61,049 nucleotides of DNA from an uncultured Oscillibacter sp. (GCA_946183175.1 CAMHBH010000001.1:1-61049), one strand, 5' to 3'. Shown: positions 41,494-51,178, counted from the stretch's first letter. Numbers and translations are program-made. Notes: generated by a model from the sequence alone, not told the origin.

Positions 41494-42108
41494 TCAGGCG
41501 GTCAGTACGCCGGGGCCGCCGTAGGGGGCCGCGTCCAGACGCAGAAAGAACCCCTGCGCGTGATTGCATACCGGACAGGTTTTCGGGGCCTCCGCGCCCC
41601 GGTGGATGTGCCCGCAATTGAGGCACAGCCACGCCGTCTCCGCCTCCGCGACGTACAGTCCGCCGCTCCGCAAGAACTCCATGTAGCGGGCGAAGCGGTT
41701 CCCGTGCGACTGCTCAATCTCCGCGATACGCTCGAACGAGTTCGCGATTTCCGGGTAGCCCTCCTCCCGCGCCGTGGCCCCGAACGACGGGTAGAGACTG
41801 CCAGCCTCCTGGTACTCGTTATCCCGCGCCATGCGGAGCAAGTCCAGCACGTCGTTGCTCAGGTTCACGGGGAAATCCCCGGTAATCCGGATCTGCTGTC
41901 CGGCGACGGCCTTCATGTGGTGGTAGAAAACCTGCGCGTGTTCCTTCTCCTGGTTCGCCGTAAAGGTGAAAACGGCGTCGAGTACGTGGAAATTCTGCCT
42001 GCGGCAGAGCGCGGCGGCGAACGTGTAGCGGTTGCGCGCCTGACTTTCCCCGGCGAAGGCCAGCATAAGATTTTGTAAGGTTGCGCTCTCCGGAAACGTC
42101 GTATCCAT
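41494..42108 (-). CDS. rbr: Rubrerythrin
   Basis: AFAGESQARNRY, EKEHA, E..H, C-terminal WLCLNCG..CPVC.H. Confidence 0.92.
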   Translation of the reverse strand: MDTTFPESATLQNLMLAFAGESQARNRYTFAAALCRRQNFHVLDAVFTFTANQEKEHAQVFYHHMKAVAGQQIRITGDFPVNLSNDVLDLLRMARDNEYQEAGSLYPSFGATAREEGYPEIANSFERIAEIEQSHGNRFARYMEFLRSGGLYVAEAETAWLCLNCGHIHRGAEAPKTCPVCNHAQGFFLRLDAAPYGGPGVLTA

Positions 42109-42157
42109 GGGGGACCCTCCTTCTGTGCGCGGAATACGCTCCGCGCCCTGATATGGA

Positions 42158-42187
42158 AAGTGTTTCCAATCAGGGCGCGGTTTATAC
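42158..42187 (-). promoter_or_regulatory. Putative forespore sigma-F/sigma-G promoter for rbr
   Basis: Minus strand GTATA-N15-GGAAACACTT. Confidence 0.55.
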
Positions 42188-42221
42188 TGCCACAAAAAGA
42201 AAATCCCGCGCGACGATACGC

Positions 42222-43169
42222 TCAATTTTCAGCGGCAACGTCGTCAAACTCCTCCGGGAAGGCCTCCGCGCCGCCGTACTCCTCCGGGAACTCCGGTTCG
42301 GGCGCGACTTCCTCCGTCCGGACAACGTGATATTCTCCGTCGGCCCCTTCCAGCACTTCCCGGCGAACCGCTCTGAATTCCCCGTCGACAGGCTCCCGCA
42401 CTTCCCGCACTGTCAGGCCGTCGTCGGTGTAGTCCGTGAACTCCTCGCGGACAAGTACCGCCTCGCCGTCCCGGAACTCGTAGTAGTCCACCAGCGGGAA
42501 GTCCTCCGTACCGTTCTTCCAGTCCTCGGTCACGCGGCTGACGATTTCCAGCGCGCCGCCGTCGTTGTAACGGAAACGCTCCACGCAGTCGAGCCCGTCG
42601 TCGCGGCGGTACGTCGAGACGATTTCCCGCGCGTCGGGGTCGGCTTCCGCCCCCCGGAGCGTGAAGGCGTACTCATAAAGCCCCGTGTCCGGGTTCCAGA
42701 TGTAGTAGTAGTGCGGATCGACGCTGCGCGTCACCTGGGCGTAGAGGTCGATATCGTCCGCGCCGTCGAAATTCATGTCGCGCACGGACAGCGCGCTTTC
42801 GACGGTCGGCGACTGCGTCGTCGCGGCCCCCTCGATGGCCGCCACGACGAGTGTCTGAAGCGCGGTTTCCCCCTCGTACACGCGTACCTCCCGGATACCG
42901 TAGCGCACACTGGTGCCCGGTTCGGTCAGGGCCTGTCCGACCGCGTCGAGGCGCAACGTACGCCCGTCGCCGACCGTCGCGACGGTCGACGAGAGTACGC
43001 GGTCTCCGGTCTCGGGGTCGATGTCGTCCGGGCCGGGCTGGATTTCGAGTTCCGGAATGGGCTCGTCCGGCTCCGGCGCGGGCGCTTCGGCGACAGGTTC
43101 CGGCGTCGCCGTCCCGCAGGCCGAAAGCAGTACCAGTACCGACAGGCAGAGTATGATAAACCGTTTCAT
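42222..43169 (-). CDS. Acidic lipoprotein of unknown function
   Basis: Lipobox LSAC after MKRF signal; DMNFDGADD motif; RBS AAGGAG. Confidence 0.75.
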   Translation of the reverse strand: MKRFIILCLSVLVLLSACGTATPEPVAEAPAPEPDEPIPELEIQPGPDDIDPETGDRVLSSTVATVGDGRTLRLDAVGQALTEPGTSVRYGIREVRVYEGETALQTLVVAAIEGAATTQSPTVESALSVRDMNFDGADDIDLYAQVTRSVDPHYYYIWNPDTGLYEYAFTLRGAEADPDAREIVSTYRRDDGLDCVERFRYNDGGALEIVSRVTEDWKNGTEDFPLVDYYEFRDGEAVLVREEFTDYTDDGLTVREVREPVDGEFRAVRREVLEGADGEYHVVRTEEVAPEPEFPEEYGGAEAFPEEFDDVAAEN

Positions 43170-43334
43170 GGGCATTCTCCTTCCGTACTCCGATGAAAAC
43201 TTTCTACAGTGTACCACGTTTTCAGGAATTTGCAAGGGGTTTCCGGGACGCGCCCCCGTCGCGGAGCGGCGGAGGCGTAACACCCGCTGTCCGAAACGCG
43301 CCCCGTCGCGGAGCGGCGGAGGGACAGCGCGCTG

Positions 43335-44036
43335 TTATTGTCTCTGGAAGTTTCCGCCCGGTTCCTGCGCCGTCAGAAGGGAATCGCACAGTTCCCGGCG
43401 GCGCGTGTCGTAGAACTCCACGTACTTGAGCGAGTACAAGTCGCTGACAATATACTGGTCGCGCCCCGACTGGTAAATCGCCAGATAGTCGTTGCCCACG
43501 TCGTAGAGAATCCCTTCCCATGAGACGGTGGTCTGTGTGCCAATCAGGAACGTAGCTACCACGTAGTTCCCCACGTTCCGCAACAACAGCGACTTCATCG
43601 AACCCCGGTAGACCTCCTCCATCGTCGTGGGCGATTCTATCACTTCATTGGACAGGTTGTTTTCGATGTTGGGCCATATCTCGCCCATGTCCTGACTGTC
43701 TATGGTGCGCGGCCCCATGGGTACCGGCGTACGGTCTTCGTCGGGCAGTACGAGCGTCTCGCCCTCGGGGGGCCACTCCCCGGCGTCGATTCCGCCGCGC
43801 CCGGTGTCCGACGCCGCGCGATTGCGCCCGGTATCCCACGCCGCGCCATTGCTCCCGGTGTCCGACGCCGCGCGGGTGTCCATGCCGTTACGCGATGGTG
43901 CGCCATTACTCCCGGCGTCCGGGGCCGCGCGCGGGGCCTCGGACATTGTGCGGGTGTCCATGCCGTCGCGCGCGGGCTTGACTTCCGAAGTCCAGTCCGT
44001 GCGGGTTCGCCCGTAAGTAGCAGGTTGGTTTTTCAT
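43335..44036 (-). CDS. GerQ-like spore coat protein with repetitive N-terminus
   Basis: C-terminal LL.NVG.YV..TF.IG..GIL..VG.DY..D.YSLKYVEF; directly downstream of a cwlJ-like gene; RBS GAGG. Confidence 0.55.
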   Translation of the reverse strand: MKNQPATYGRTRTDWTSEVKPARDGMDTRTMSEAPRAAPDAGSNGAPSRNGMDTRAASDTGSNGAAWDTGRNRAASDTGRGGIDAGEWPPEGETLVLPDEDRTPVPMGPRTIDSQDMGEIWPNIENNLSNEVIESPTTMEEVYRGSMKSLLLRNVGNYVVATFLIGTQTTVSWEGILYDVGNDYLAIYQSGRDQYIVSDLYSLKYVEFYDTRRRELCDSLLTAQEPGGNFQRQ

Positions 44037-44061
44037 AGTAACGCCTCGTTTCCGCTTGATT

Positions 44062-44502
44062 TCAGGTTCGATAATACGCGTTGGTTGGATTGTAGAAGCA
44101 GTGGTCGCCGATACGCGTCTGCCAGTAGCCCACCTCCGACGGGAAGAACGAGCGGCAGGTCGGGCCGTAGGGGTTGTAGAACCACATCGACTCGGCCACG
44201 TCGGCAAGGCGGTTCCCGGCAATCGCCCAGTCGGCGATGTCGTAGTGAATCTGCTCCGGCCTCATGTTGTAGATGTTCTGCGGGTTGTACACGCCGCCCT
44301 CCATTTCGCTGGCGCATACAAACTGGTACGGCTGGAAAATAATGTTGCGAATGCTCCCGCGCCCCGTGCGGGCGTACTCCCCGCCCCGCGCGTGGACGCG
44401 GTTCATGACGACCCCCGCCACCGCTTTCATGCCGTTTTCGCCCTCTCCGCCCGCCTCGCATTGAATCAGACGCGCCAGTAATTCACGGTCGGAAAAACTC
44501 AT
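44062..44502 (-). CDS. cwlJ: Spore cortex-lytic cell wall hydrolase (CwlJ/SleB Hydrolase_2 family)
   Basis: LLARLI.CEAGGEG..GM.AVA.VV.NRV, QPYQF, WFYNP, IGDHCFY; no signal peptide, as in CwlJ. Confidence 0.8.
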   Translation of the reverse strand: MSFSDRELLARLIQCEAGGEGENGMKAVAGVVMNRVHARGGEYARTGRGSIRNIIFQPYQFVCASEMEGGVYNPQNIYNMRPEQIHYDIADWAIAGNRLADVAESMWFYNPYGPTCRSFFPSEVGYWQTRIGDHCFYNPTNAYYRT

Positions 44503-44526
44503 CCTGATTCCCTCCTTCGCTTCCTC

Positions 44527-44556
44527 ATCCTATGCGCGCCCGACAGAAGGCGTGTT
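44527..44556 (-). promoter_or_regulatory. Putative mother-cell sigma-K/sigma-E promoter
   Basis: Minus strand ..AC-N17-CATAGGAT ahead of RBS AAGGAGG. Confidence 0.45.
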
Positions 44557-44563
44557 CACCCCT

Positions 44564-44741
44564 CCGTCAGATTTCAGGTAAGCGCAACGCCTCCGGAGAC
44601 AAGAAGGCGTATCCGCGATTCTGGCGGGCAAGGGTTCGGACAGGACGGCGCGGCTTTATGGAAATCAATTTTTTTACAATGATAGCCTCATCTCCCCGCT
44701 CCGTGGGGCGACAGGGGGAGGCTTTTCCCTGAATCTGACGG
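44564..44741. repeat. ~180-bp MITE-like element with 14-bp terminal inverted repeats
   Basis: CCGTCAGAT(T)TCAGG at 44564 and CCTGAATCTGACGG at 44728-44741. Confidence 0.45.
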
Positions 44742-44784
44742 TTTCTTTGCCTCCGCGACACGCTTTTCAGGCATACCAGCGCGT

Positions 44785-44810
44785 AAAAAAGCCTCCCGTG
44801 ACAGGGAGGC
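44785..44810 (-). terminator. Intrinsic terminator
   Basis: Minus GCCTCCC-tgtcac-GGGAGGCTTTTTT. Confidence 0.75.
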
Positions 44811-44824
44811 CGGGGAGGGCGTCG

Positions 44825-45214
44825 CTATTTGAGGGCCGCGCGTTCGCGCGAGAGTTCCATATACAGCCGCGTCGCGCTCCAGGTGCGGTTGTGTCGGGTC
44901 AGCACCGCCTTCAGACACGTCTCCCCAGCGCCAGCCGCCGCGAGGGCCGGGAGTAGGGCGTCGAGCTCCTCGTCGAGCCCGCACAGCACCGCCATACGCG
45001 ACGGAATCGCCCCGCTGACTGGTGGCGCGTCGTCCAGCGGCGGCACTTCTTCCAGTCCGGCGAGTTCCGAGAGCGTCTTGCCGCAGTCCGTTTTCGCGAC
45101 GGGAATCAGCTCCGCGTCGAACGGTTCCAGCGCGCTCCGTACCGCCAGGATACTCCGAAGGTCTTCAAAGCCGAATAACAGTACCTTTTTGTCCACGCTT
45201 TCCGCCTTTTCCAT
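44825..45214 (-). CDS. DUF3783-family protein
   Basis: C-terminal LKAVLTRHNRTW..LY.EL..E pattern. Confidence 0.7.
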   Translation of the reverse strand: MEKAESVDKKVLLFGFEDLRSILAVRSALEPFDAELIPVAKTDCGKTLSELAGLEEVPPLDDAPPVSGAIPSRMAVLCGLDEELDALLPALAAAGAGETCLKAVLTRHNRTWSATRLYMELSRERAALK

Positions 45215-45221
45215 ACGTTCC

Positions 45222-45707
45222 TCAATCCTTCCCGATTTCTGTCAGCGGCCTTCCGTTCAGGGCCGCGTAGGCCAGCCGTTCCCCCTCGTAGCGCAGTTTC
45301 AGGGAGAAAAACGGGGCGTCCTCCTCCAAGAGCCGCAGAAACAGCGCGTCCCCCGCCCACATCGGCAGGGATAACAGGTCTTTCTTGTCAATCCATTCCA
45401 GTTCGCCCTCGTCGCAGGCGTGCGGGGTACCCGTCCAGCCCGACGCCGTGAACAGGTGCATCAACTCCGGGGGCCAGCGGTCCGAGACGAACGTCACGAT
45501 TCCCCGGTAGCGGTACTCCGTCAGCGTCAGCCCGGTTTCCTCGAACGTTTCGCGCACGAGACACTCTTCCGGGCTTTCGCCGTCCTCGAACTTCCCGCCC
45601 ACGCCGACCCATTTGTCGCGGTTCACGTCGTGTTCCTTCTTAATACGGTGTAACATCAAATACGCGTCCCCGCGTTCCAGATAGCAAAGCGTCGTATTGA
45701 TTATCAT
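45222..45707 (-). CDS. NUDIX hydrolase, 8-oxo-dGTP diphosphatase (MutT/MutX-like)
   Basis: GGKFEDGESPEECLVRETFEETGL Nudix box; TTLCY, CDEGEL.W. Confidence 0.88.
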   Translation of the reverse strand: MIINTTLCYLERGDAYLMLHRIKKEHDVNRDKWVGVGGKFEDGESPEECLVRETFEETGLTLTEYRYRGIVTFVSDRWPPELMHLFTASGWTGTPHACDEGELEWIDKKDLLSLPMWAGDALFLRLLEEDAPFFSLKLRYEGERLAYAALNGRPLTEIGKD

Positions 45708-46342
45708 GATTCGGCCTCCGTGGCGCGGCGCAGGATTTCGCCGTGAATGTCCCCGACGCTCCGCAGTTCCCCGGCGCGCGTACACTCCACGACCGCCCAG
45801 CCGAAACGCGCCGCGCAGTAGTCAGCGGCCTCGCGGGAGCGGGCCTGGTAGTCCCTGTCGCGCTCGTGGATGTCGGACGCCGCGCCGCGCGCGCGGAGTA
45901 GCCGCAGACTGACGGCGGGGTCTACGCGCAAATAGAACACCGTATCCGGGGCCGGGAGGCCGAGCAAGCCGTACTCGTACGAGAACAGCCAGTCCAGGAA
46001 GGCGTCCCACTGTTCGCGGGGGAGTTTGGAGCACTGATGGACGGCGTTGGAAGTGGTGTAGCGGTCGGCGACGACGGTACCGCCGTCGCCGTAGAACGCG
46101 CCCCAGCCGCGCTTGTAACTCGCGAAGCGGTCGACGGCGTAGAAGCTCGACGCGGCGTAGGCGTTCACGTCGCCGGGGCGCGTCCCGAACGCGCCCGAGA
46201 GGTACATCCGTACCAGCGCGGAGGAGTCGCTTTCGTAGTCGGGGAACGACACCCGCCGCGCGTCCAGCGCCCGCGCGAGTAAATTCGACTGCGTGGCCTT
46301 GCCGCTCCCGTCGAGGCCCTCTAAAACGAACAGTTTCCCCAT
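45704..46342 (-). CDS. tmk: Thymidylate kinase
   Basis: LEGLDGSGKATQ, SFPDY, ADRYTTSN, DIHE. Confidence 0.88.
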   Translation of the reverse strand: MGKLFVLEGLDGSGKATQSNLLARALDARRVSFPDYESDSSALVRMYLSGAFGTRPGDVNAYAASSFYAVDRFASYKRGWGAFYGDGGTVVADRYTTSNAVHQCSKLPREQWDAFLDWLFSYEYGLLGLPAPDTVFYLRVDPAVSLRLLRARGAASDIHERDRDYQARSREAADYCAARFGWAVVECTRAGELRSVGDIHGEILRRATEAES

Positions 46343-47859
46343 TACGAGGCCTCCGCGCGGCACACTTTCACGCCGGCCAGTACCATGGCGAACAGGAACC
46401 AGTAGACCACCTGAATGCGCGGGTAGTGCCAGGGGTAGTCGGCCATACCGCAGAGCGTGATTCCGCACAGTCCGGACGCCGCCGCGCAGGTGACGACTTT
46501 CGCGGGGGTGTCGGGCGCGCCGCGTACGGTACGGAAGCCGCGCTTGACCGTGGCGAAAATCGACGCCAGAAACGCCGCCGCGCCGACAAGTCCGGTCTCA
46601 ATGGCGACCTGTAAATAGAGGTTGTGGGCGTGTACGAACGGCGCGGAGCCGTGGTACAGGCGGAAGTCCTTGATATACTGCCGGACGACATCGGAACCAA
46701 GTCCGGCCCCGTCGAGCGGCGCGCGTTGGATAAGATTCAGCGCGGCCTCGTAGAGCGGGAAGCGGCTGGAGGTCGTGGTATCGTTGAAATTGGTAATGGT
46801 CAGAATGCGCGTCCAGACGGCGGAGGGCAGGAAGGGAATTGCCACGATACACAGCGCAATCAGGGGCGGGATGAGCGCCGGACGCAGGTACAGCACCATG
46901 AGCGCCACGGACAGCGCGAAGCCGACCCACCCGGCGCGGGAGTACGTCATAAGCAGGGCCGCGAGGCCCACGACGAATATCGCGGCGGCGGCGACTTTCC
47001 CGCGCTTGCGGTTCGCGCATACGGCAAGGGCGAGTGTCAATGGCAGGAGCATAACGAGAAATTCGCCGAACGTGTTCGGGTTGTCGAAGTAGGACTGCAC
47101 GCGCCCGGGCATGTCGGGGTTGAGCTTGGCGTCGACGTAGGCGATATTGACCTCAACGCCCTGAATGCGCTGTACGACGCCGTAGACCGACGAGACCGCC
47201 ACGCAGAACGTGCCCCCGGCGCAGAGGCGTTTCAAGTCGTAGGCGTTGCGTACCGCGCTGACTGTCACGAGTAGGCACACGACCGCCGCGAGGTGGTAGC
47301 CCAGGAAGCGCCACGACAAATCGGGCCTGTAGGACAGCGGCGCGGCGGCGACCATCAGGAAGAAGAACGCGACCGGGTACACGCCGATATCGGGGATGTC
47401 AAGCCGGAAGGCGTCGCGGCGCATGGCCCCGGCGTGGAAGAGTACGAGCAGGAACGCGAAGGCCAGCAAGCTCCACGCGTTGTCCCAATAGATGAAGGGA
47501 ATCACCCAGAGGAGCATAATCAGCCAGCTTTCGGCGATTGCGGTACCGTCGCCGAGGTCGAAGGCGAGGCGGGCGAAAACGCTGTCCTCGAACGTGGCCT
47601 CCCAGGCCAGGTACCAGCGGTGCAGGAGGTTCCCCGGGAACGTGGCGGCGGTCGTCAGGGCACGGCATACGCGGCTTTGTTCCCATTCGGCGGACAGCCG
47701 CCCCTCCCGGGACAGTACCGCCAGAACACGACTGCCCGAAGCCTGTCGCGCGCACCAGTTGCCGAAGGCGTACAGCAGTCGCCGCGCCGTACTCCGCCCG
47801 TAGGCCTCCCGCACGGCCATGTACAGACCGCACAGCAGACTTTCTCTCCAAAGTGTCAT
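46342..47859 (-). CDS. O-antigen ligase/polymerase (Wzy_C) family membrane protein
   Basis: RVQSYFDNPN, TYSRAGW, G.GLG, HAHNLYLQ..ETG. Confidence 0.85.
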   Translation of the reverse strand: MTLWRESLLCGLYMAVREAYGRSTARRLLYAFGNWCARQASGSRVLAVLSREGRLSAEWEQSRVCRALTTAATFPGNLLHRWYLAWEATFEDSVFARLAFDLGDGTAIAESWLIMLLWVIPFIYWDNAWSLLAFAFLLVLFHAGAMRRDAFRLDIPDIGVYPVAFFFLMVAAAPLSYRPDLSWRFLGYHLAAVVCLLVTVSAVRNAYDLKRLCAGGTFCVAVSSVYGVVQRIQGVEVNIAYVDAKLNPDMPGRVQSYFDNPNTFGEFLVMLLPLTLALAVCANRKRGKVAAAAIFVVGLAALLMTYSRAGWVGFALSVALMVLYLRPALIPPLIALCIVAIPFLPSAVWTRILTITNFNDTTTSSRFPLYEAALNLIQRAPLDGAGLGSDVVRQYIKDFRLYHGSAPFVHAHNLYLQVAIETGLVGAAAFLASIFATVKRGFRTVRGAPDTPAKVVTCAAASGLCGITLCGMADYPWHYPRIQVVYWFLFAMVLAGVKVCRAEAS

Positions 47860-47884
47860 GCAGCAAACTCTCCTTTATTGTGTG

Positions 47885-48910
47885 TTACATCCGGTTTTTC
47901 ACCCGGTACAACAGCGTAAGCAGCCGGAACAGGCGGCGGCGTACCAGAAACGCGACCATTGCCTTATTGCGCCCCATGCCGACGGGCTTATAGTCCCGGA
48001 TGGCCCGCGCCATGTCCGGACGCCTACACAATTCCTGTACTGTCTCCCGGCGCGCCCGGAAGCTCTTCTCGATTCCCGCCGCGTACTCGTTCCCGATTGC
48101 AATCAGCAGATTCGCCCACAGCGTGTTCTCCCGCCAGCGCGGACACTCTACATGAAACTTATATTGCGCGTCCAGCGCCTCCTTGACTTCCATGTAGGCG
48201 TCGAGGGTCTTCATGATGTCGGGCATATAGTGGCGCGTGGCGGAAGCGGGGTTCCGCAAATAGCGGTACAGCGGCGTCTCCGTGACCGCGAGGCGTTCGC
48301 CCGGGCGCGCCGCGCCGAAGTATTCCAGCAGGAACAGCTCGTCCTCCAGATACGGCCCCTCGAATTTCGCGCCGCTCCGGCGAATCTGCTCGTTCCGGAA
48401 CAGGAAGCGCCAGATAAAACCATTCATAAGCGGCGCGCGCAGGCGCTCCCCGAACAGCGGCACCAGGAACCGCGCGCGGATTTCCTCCGCGCCGTAGAGG
48501 CCGGACGGCAAGAGCGTCTCGACGCTCTCCGCGCCGTCCGGCGCGACGTTCCAGTGAGCGCACGCGGCACTCTCCGCGCCGCCGTCCCGACACAGTCCCA
48601 ACAGCGTCGAGAGCGTCCCGGGCACGTAGCGGTCGTCGGCGTCCAGAAAGGCCACGTATTCCCCGCGGGCCTCCTGTAATCCGCGGTTGCGCGCGGCGCT
48701 GACGCCCAGGTTCCGGGGCTGTACAAGGGCCCGGATTCGCGCGTCGGCGGCGGCGTAGTTCTCGCACAGAGTACGGGAATTATCCGTAGAGCCGTCGTCG
48801 ATTAAAAGTAATTCCCAGTCCGCGAAGGTCTGCCGCCGAACGCTCTCGACACACCCCGGCAACAGCGCCTCCCCCTGGTAGACGGGGACTATCACAGAAA
48901 TTACGGGCAT
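47885..48910 (-). CDS. Glycosyltransferase family 2
   Basis: ISVIVPVY, DDGSTD, GVSAARN.G, FLDADD. Confidence 0.92.
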   Translation of the reverse strand: MPVISVIVPVYQGEALLPGCVESVRRQTFADWELLLIDDGSTDNSRTLCENYAAADARIRALVQPRNLGVSAARNRGLQEARGEYVAFLDADDRYVPGTLSTLLGLCRDGGAESAACAHWNVAPDGAESVETLLPSGLYGAEEIRARFLVPLFGERLRAPLMNGFIWRFLFRNEQIRRSGAKFEGPYLEDELFLLEYFGAARPGERLAVTETPLYRYLRNPASATRHYMPDIMKTLDAYMEVKEALDAQYKFHVECPRWRENTLWANLLIAIGNEYAAGIEKSFRARRETVQELCRRPDMARAIRDYKPVGMGRNKAMVAFLVRRRLFRLLTLLYRVKNRM

Positions 48911-48976
48911 AGTCACTCCTCTTTCCTGCCGGATTCCGGCAAAAAGTCAGCGGCCCACAGGGCGGGCCGCCGGGAA

Positions 48977-51001
48977 TCATGACGGCCTGTCGGCGGGGTG
49001 GTAGGTCGACACCGCCTCCATGAGCAGGCGGCGGATTTCCTCGCCGTCCACATTCTCGTAGGCCGCGTCCATGAGCGTCCGCAACTGCCGGAAGAAGCGC
49101 TCCGTCTCGAACTGAATCGGGCGGCTGATAAAGATGAGGTTGTTATCCGTCTTTCTCAGGCCCTCTTCCTTCATAAGCATTTCCTCGTAGAGCTTCTCGC
49201 CGGGGCGGAGGCCCGTATACTCAATCTTGATATCGACATCGGGCTTGTAGCCGGACAGGCGGATGAGGTTCCGGGCCAGCGTGTCGATTTTGACGGGACT
49301 GCCCAAGTCCAGCACGAAGATTTCGCCGCCGTCGGCGTATGTACCCGCCAGCAGAACCAGGCTTACAGCCTCCGGGATGGTCATGAAGTAGCGGATAATA
49401 TCGGGGTGCGTGACTTTGACGGGGCCGCCCTTCTCAATCTGCTCCTTGAAAATCGGCACTACGGAACCGTTGCTTCCCAGCACATTTCCGAAGCGGACCG
49501 CGACGTACTCCGTATGCGCCTGACGGAAGGCGTCCGCGAAGTCGGGGAGGTCGTGGTCGGCGGCGCTGTCGTGGGTGAAGAGTTGCGGGAGGTTGGCCGC
49601 GCGTCCGGCCTTGATTTCGGCGTCGAAGCTCTGGATAATCATTTCACAGAGGCGCTTGCTCGCGCCCATGACATTCGTCGGGTTGACGGCCTTGTCCGTG
49701 GAAATCAGCACGAAGCGCTCGCAGCCGTAGAGCATGGCCGCGTAGGCGGTTTTGTATGTGCCAATCGCGTTGTTCTTGACGGCCTCGCAGGGGCTGTCCT
49801 CCATGAGCGGGACGTGCTTATGGGCCGCCGCGTGGTAGACCACGTCCGGGCGGTACTCCGAGAACAGCGCGCGGAGTTTGCGGCTGTCGCGCACGGAGCC
49901 AATCAGCACGACCAAATCGAGTTCGGGGTACTTCTCCAGAAGTTCGAGTTGCAGGGCGTAGGCGTTGTTCTCGTAAACGTCGAAGATAATCAGTTTCCCG
50001 GGCTGGTGCCCGGCGATTTGGCGGCAGAGTTCGCTCCCGATGGAGCCGCCGCCGCCCGTGACGAGAATCGTCTTGCCGCGCAGGAAGCGGAACACGTTGT
50101 CGAGGTCGACCCGGATGGGCGGACGCCCCAGCAGGTCTTCCATAGAGACATCGCGCATGGAACCGACCGTGACGTTCTGCTGGAGAAGCTGGTAAATCCC
50201 CGGAAGCTGTTTGACTTTGCAGCCGGTCTCCATGCAGATATCGAGAATTTCCTTCTTGTCCGACACGGAGGCGCTCGGAATGGCAATGAAGATTTTCCGG
50301 ATTCCGTACTTGACCACGTTGGCCGGAATCGTGTCGCGGCCCCCGGCCACCGGGACGCCCTCAATGAAGCGGCCCCACGTATTCGGGTCGTCGTCGATGA
50401 TGCACACGACCCGGCTGGCCCCAGCGTCGGTTTCGTCGCCCCCGCCCTGGTGGGTGTCGCGGAGTATCATCTGTCCGGCGCTCCCGGCCCCTACTAACAT
50501 AATCGGTTCACACTGCACCGCGTTCTTCTTGAAGCGCTTCCGCCCGAGTGTCAGAATCCGGTAGCTGAAGCGGATACTCACTGTGAAGCCCAGTTGGAAC
50601 AGCGCCCCCCAGACGTAGTAGGAGATTGGCATTTTTACGCCGAAAAACAGGATTGTCCAGCCGACTTGCACGACCATCGTAATTCCGTTGGCCAGCAATA
50701 TCTGCGCGAGTTCCACGAAACTTGCGAAGCGCCATATACTGCCGTAGAGGTGCAGGAGCCAGAACACCACGACACTGCACAGCGCGTAGGGCAGGATGGA
50801 ATAGAGGCAGGTATCCAGATACCGCGCCGGAATCTGGGCAAAGTCCATGTCGAAGCGCAGCAGGAGAGCCAGAAAATAAGAGACACAGGCCGCGACAAAA
50901 TCGTAACCAACTAACAGGGCGGCAACTTCCTGCCAATGCTTCCACTGTTTGAAAGGAAAGTATCGTCTGTGATTTTGCCCGCCGTCTACCGGGAGTTTCA
51001 T
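48977..51001 (-). CDS. Polysaccharide biosynthesis nucleoside-diphosphate sugar dehydratase (CapD/PglF family)
   Basis: N-terminal TM; GAGSAG; TGGGGSIGSE, HAAAHKHVP, STDKAV, RFGNVLGS, RPGEKLYEE. Confidence 0.92.
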   Translation of the reverse strand: MKLPVDGGQNHRRYFPFKQWKHWQEVAALLVGYDFVAACVSYFLALLLRFDMDFAQIPARYLDTCLYSILPYALCSVVVFWLLHLYGSIWRFASFVELAQILLANGITMVVQVGWTILFFGVKMPISYYVWGALFQLGFTVSIRFSYRILTLGRKRFKKNAVQCEPIMLVGAGSAGQMILRDTHQGGGDETDAGASRVVCIIDDDPNTWGRFIEGVPVAGGRDTIPANVVKYGIRKIFIAIPSASVSDKKEILDICMETGCKVKQLPGIYQLLQQNVTVGSMRDVSMEDLLGRPPIRVDLDNVFRFLRGKTILVTGGGGSIGSELCRQIAGHQPGKLIIFDVYENNAYALQLELLEKYPELDLVVLIGSVRDSRKLRALFSEYRPDVVYHAAAHKHVPLMEDSPCEAVKNNAIGTYKTAYAAMLYGCERFVLISTDKAVNPTNVMGASKRLCEMIIQSFDAEIKAGRAANLPQLFTHDSAADHDLPDFADAFRQAHTEYVAVRFGNVLGSNGSVVPIFKEQIEKGGPVKVTHPDIIRYFMTIPEAVSLVLLAGTYADGGEIFVLDLGSPVKIDTLARNLIRLSGYKPDVDIKIEYTGLRPGEKLYEEMLMKEEGLRKTDNNLIFISRPIQFETERFFRQLRTLMDAAYENVDGEEIRRLLMEAVSTYHPADRPS

Positions 51002-51149
51002 AGTATAGGTTCATCCCCCTTATGACAGTCCGCGAAAAGAGTACGGAGATTGACTGAATTTTTCCAAAAAACCGGCCCCGATTTTTTGGAGAAGGAAACG
51101 CGTCCTGCGTGTTGTCATTTTCACACGGAATGACAGTGCATACTTTGAA

Positions 51150-51178
51150 ATTATAGCACCGATTGCGCCGGAATGCAA
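51150..51178 (-). promoter_or_regulatory. Sigma-A promoter of the capD-like operon
   Basis: TTGCAT-17-TATAAT with TGn. Confidence 0.65.

Noticed and set aside
48998-50497. Long antisense ORFs (also 10743-12026, 22404-23687, 25021-26055, 51578-52687, 56953-58137)
   Set aside because: Shadow frames of high-GC genes with no motifs or RBS
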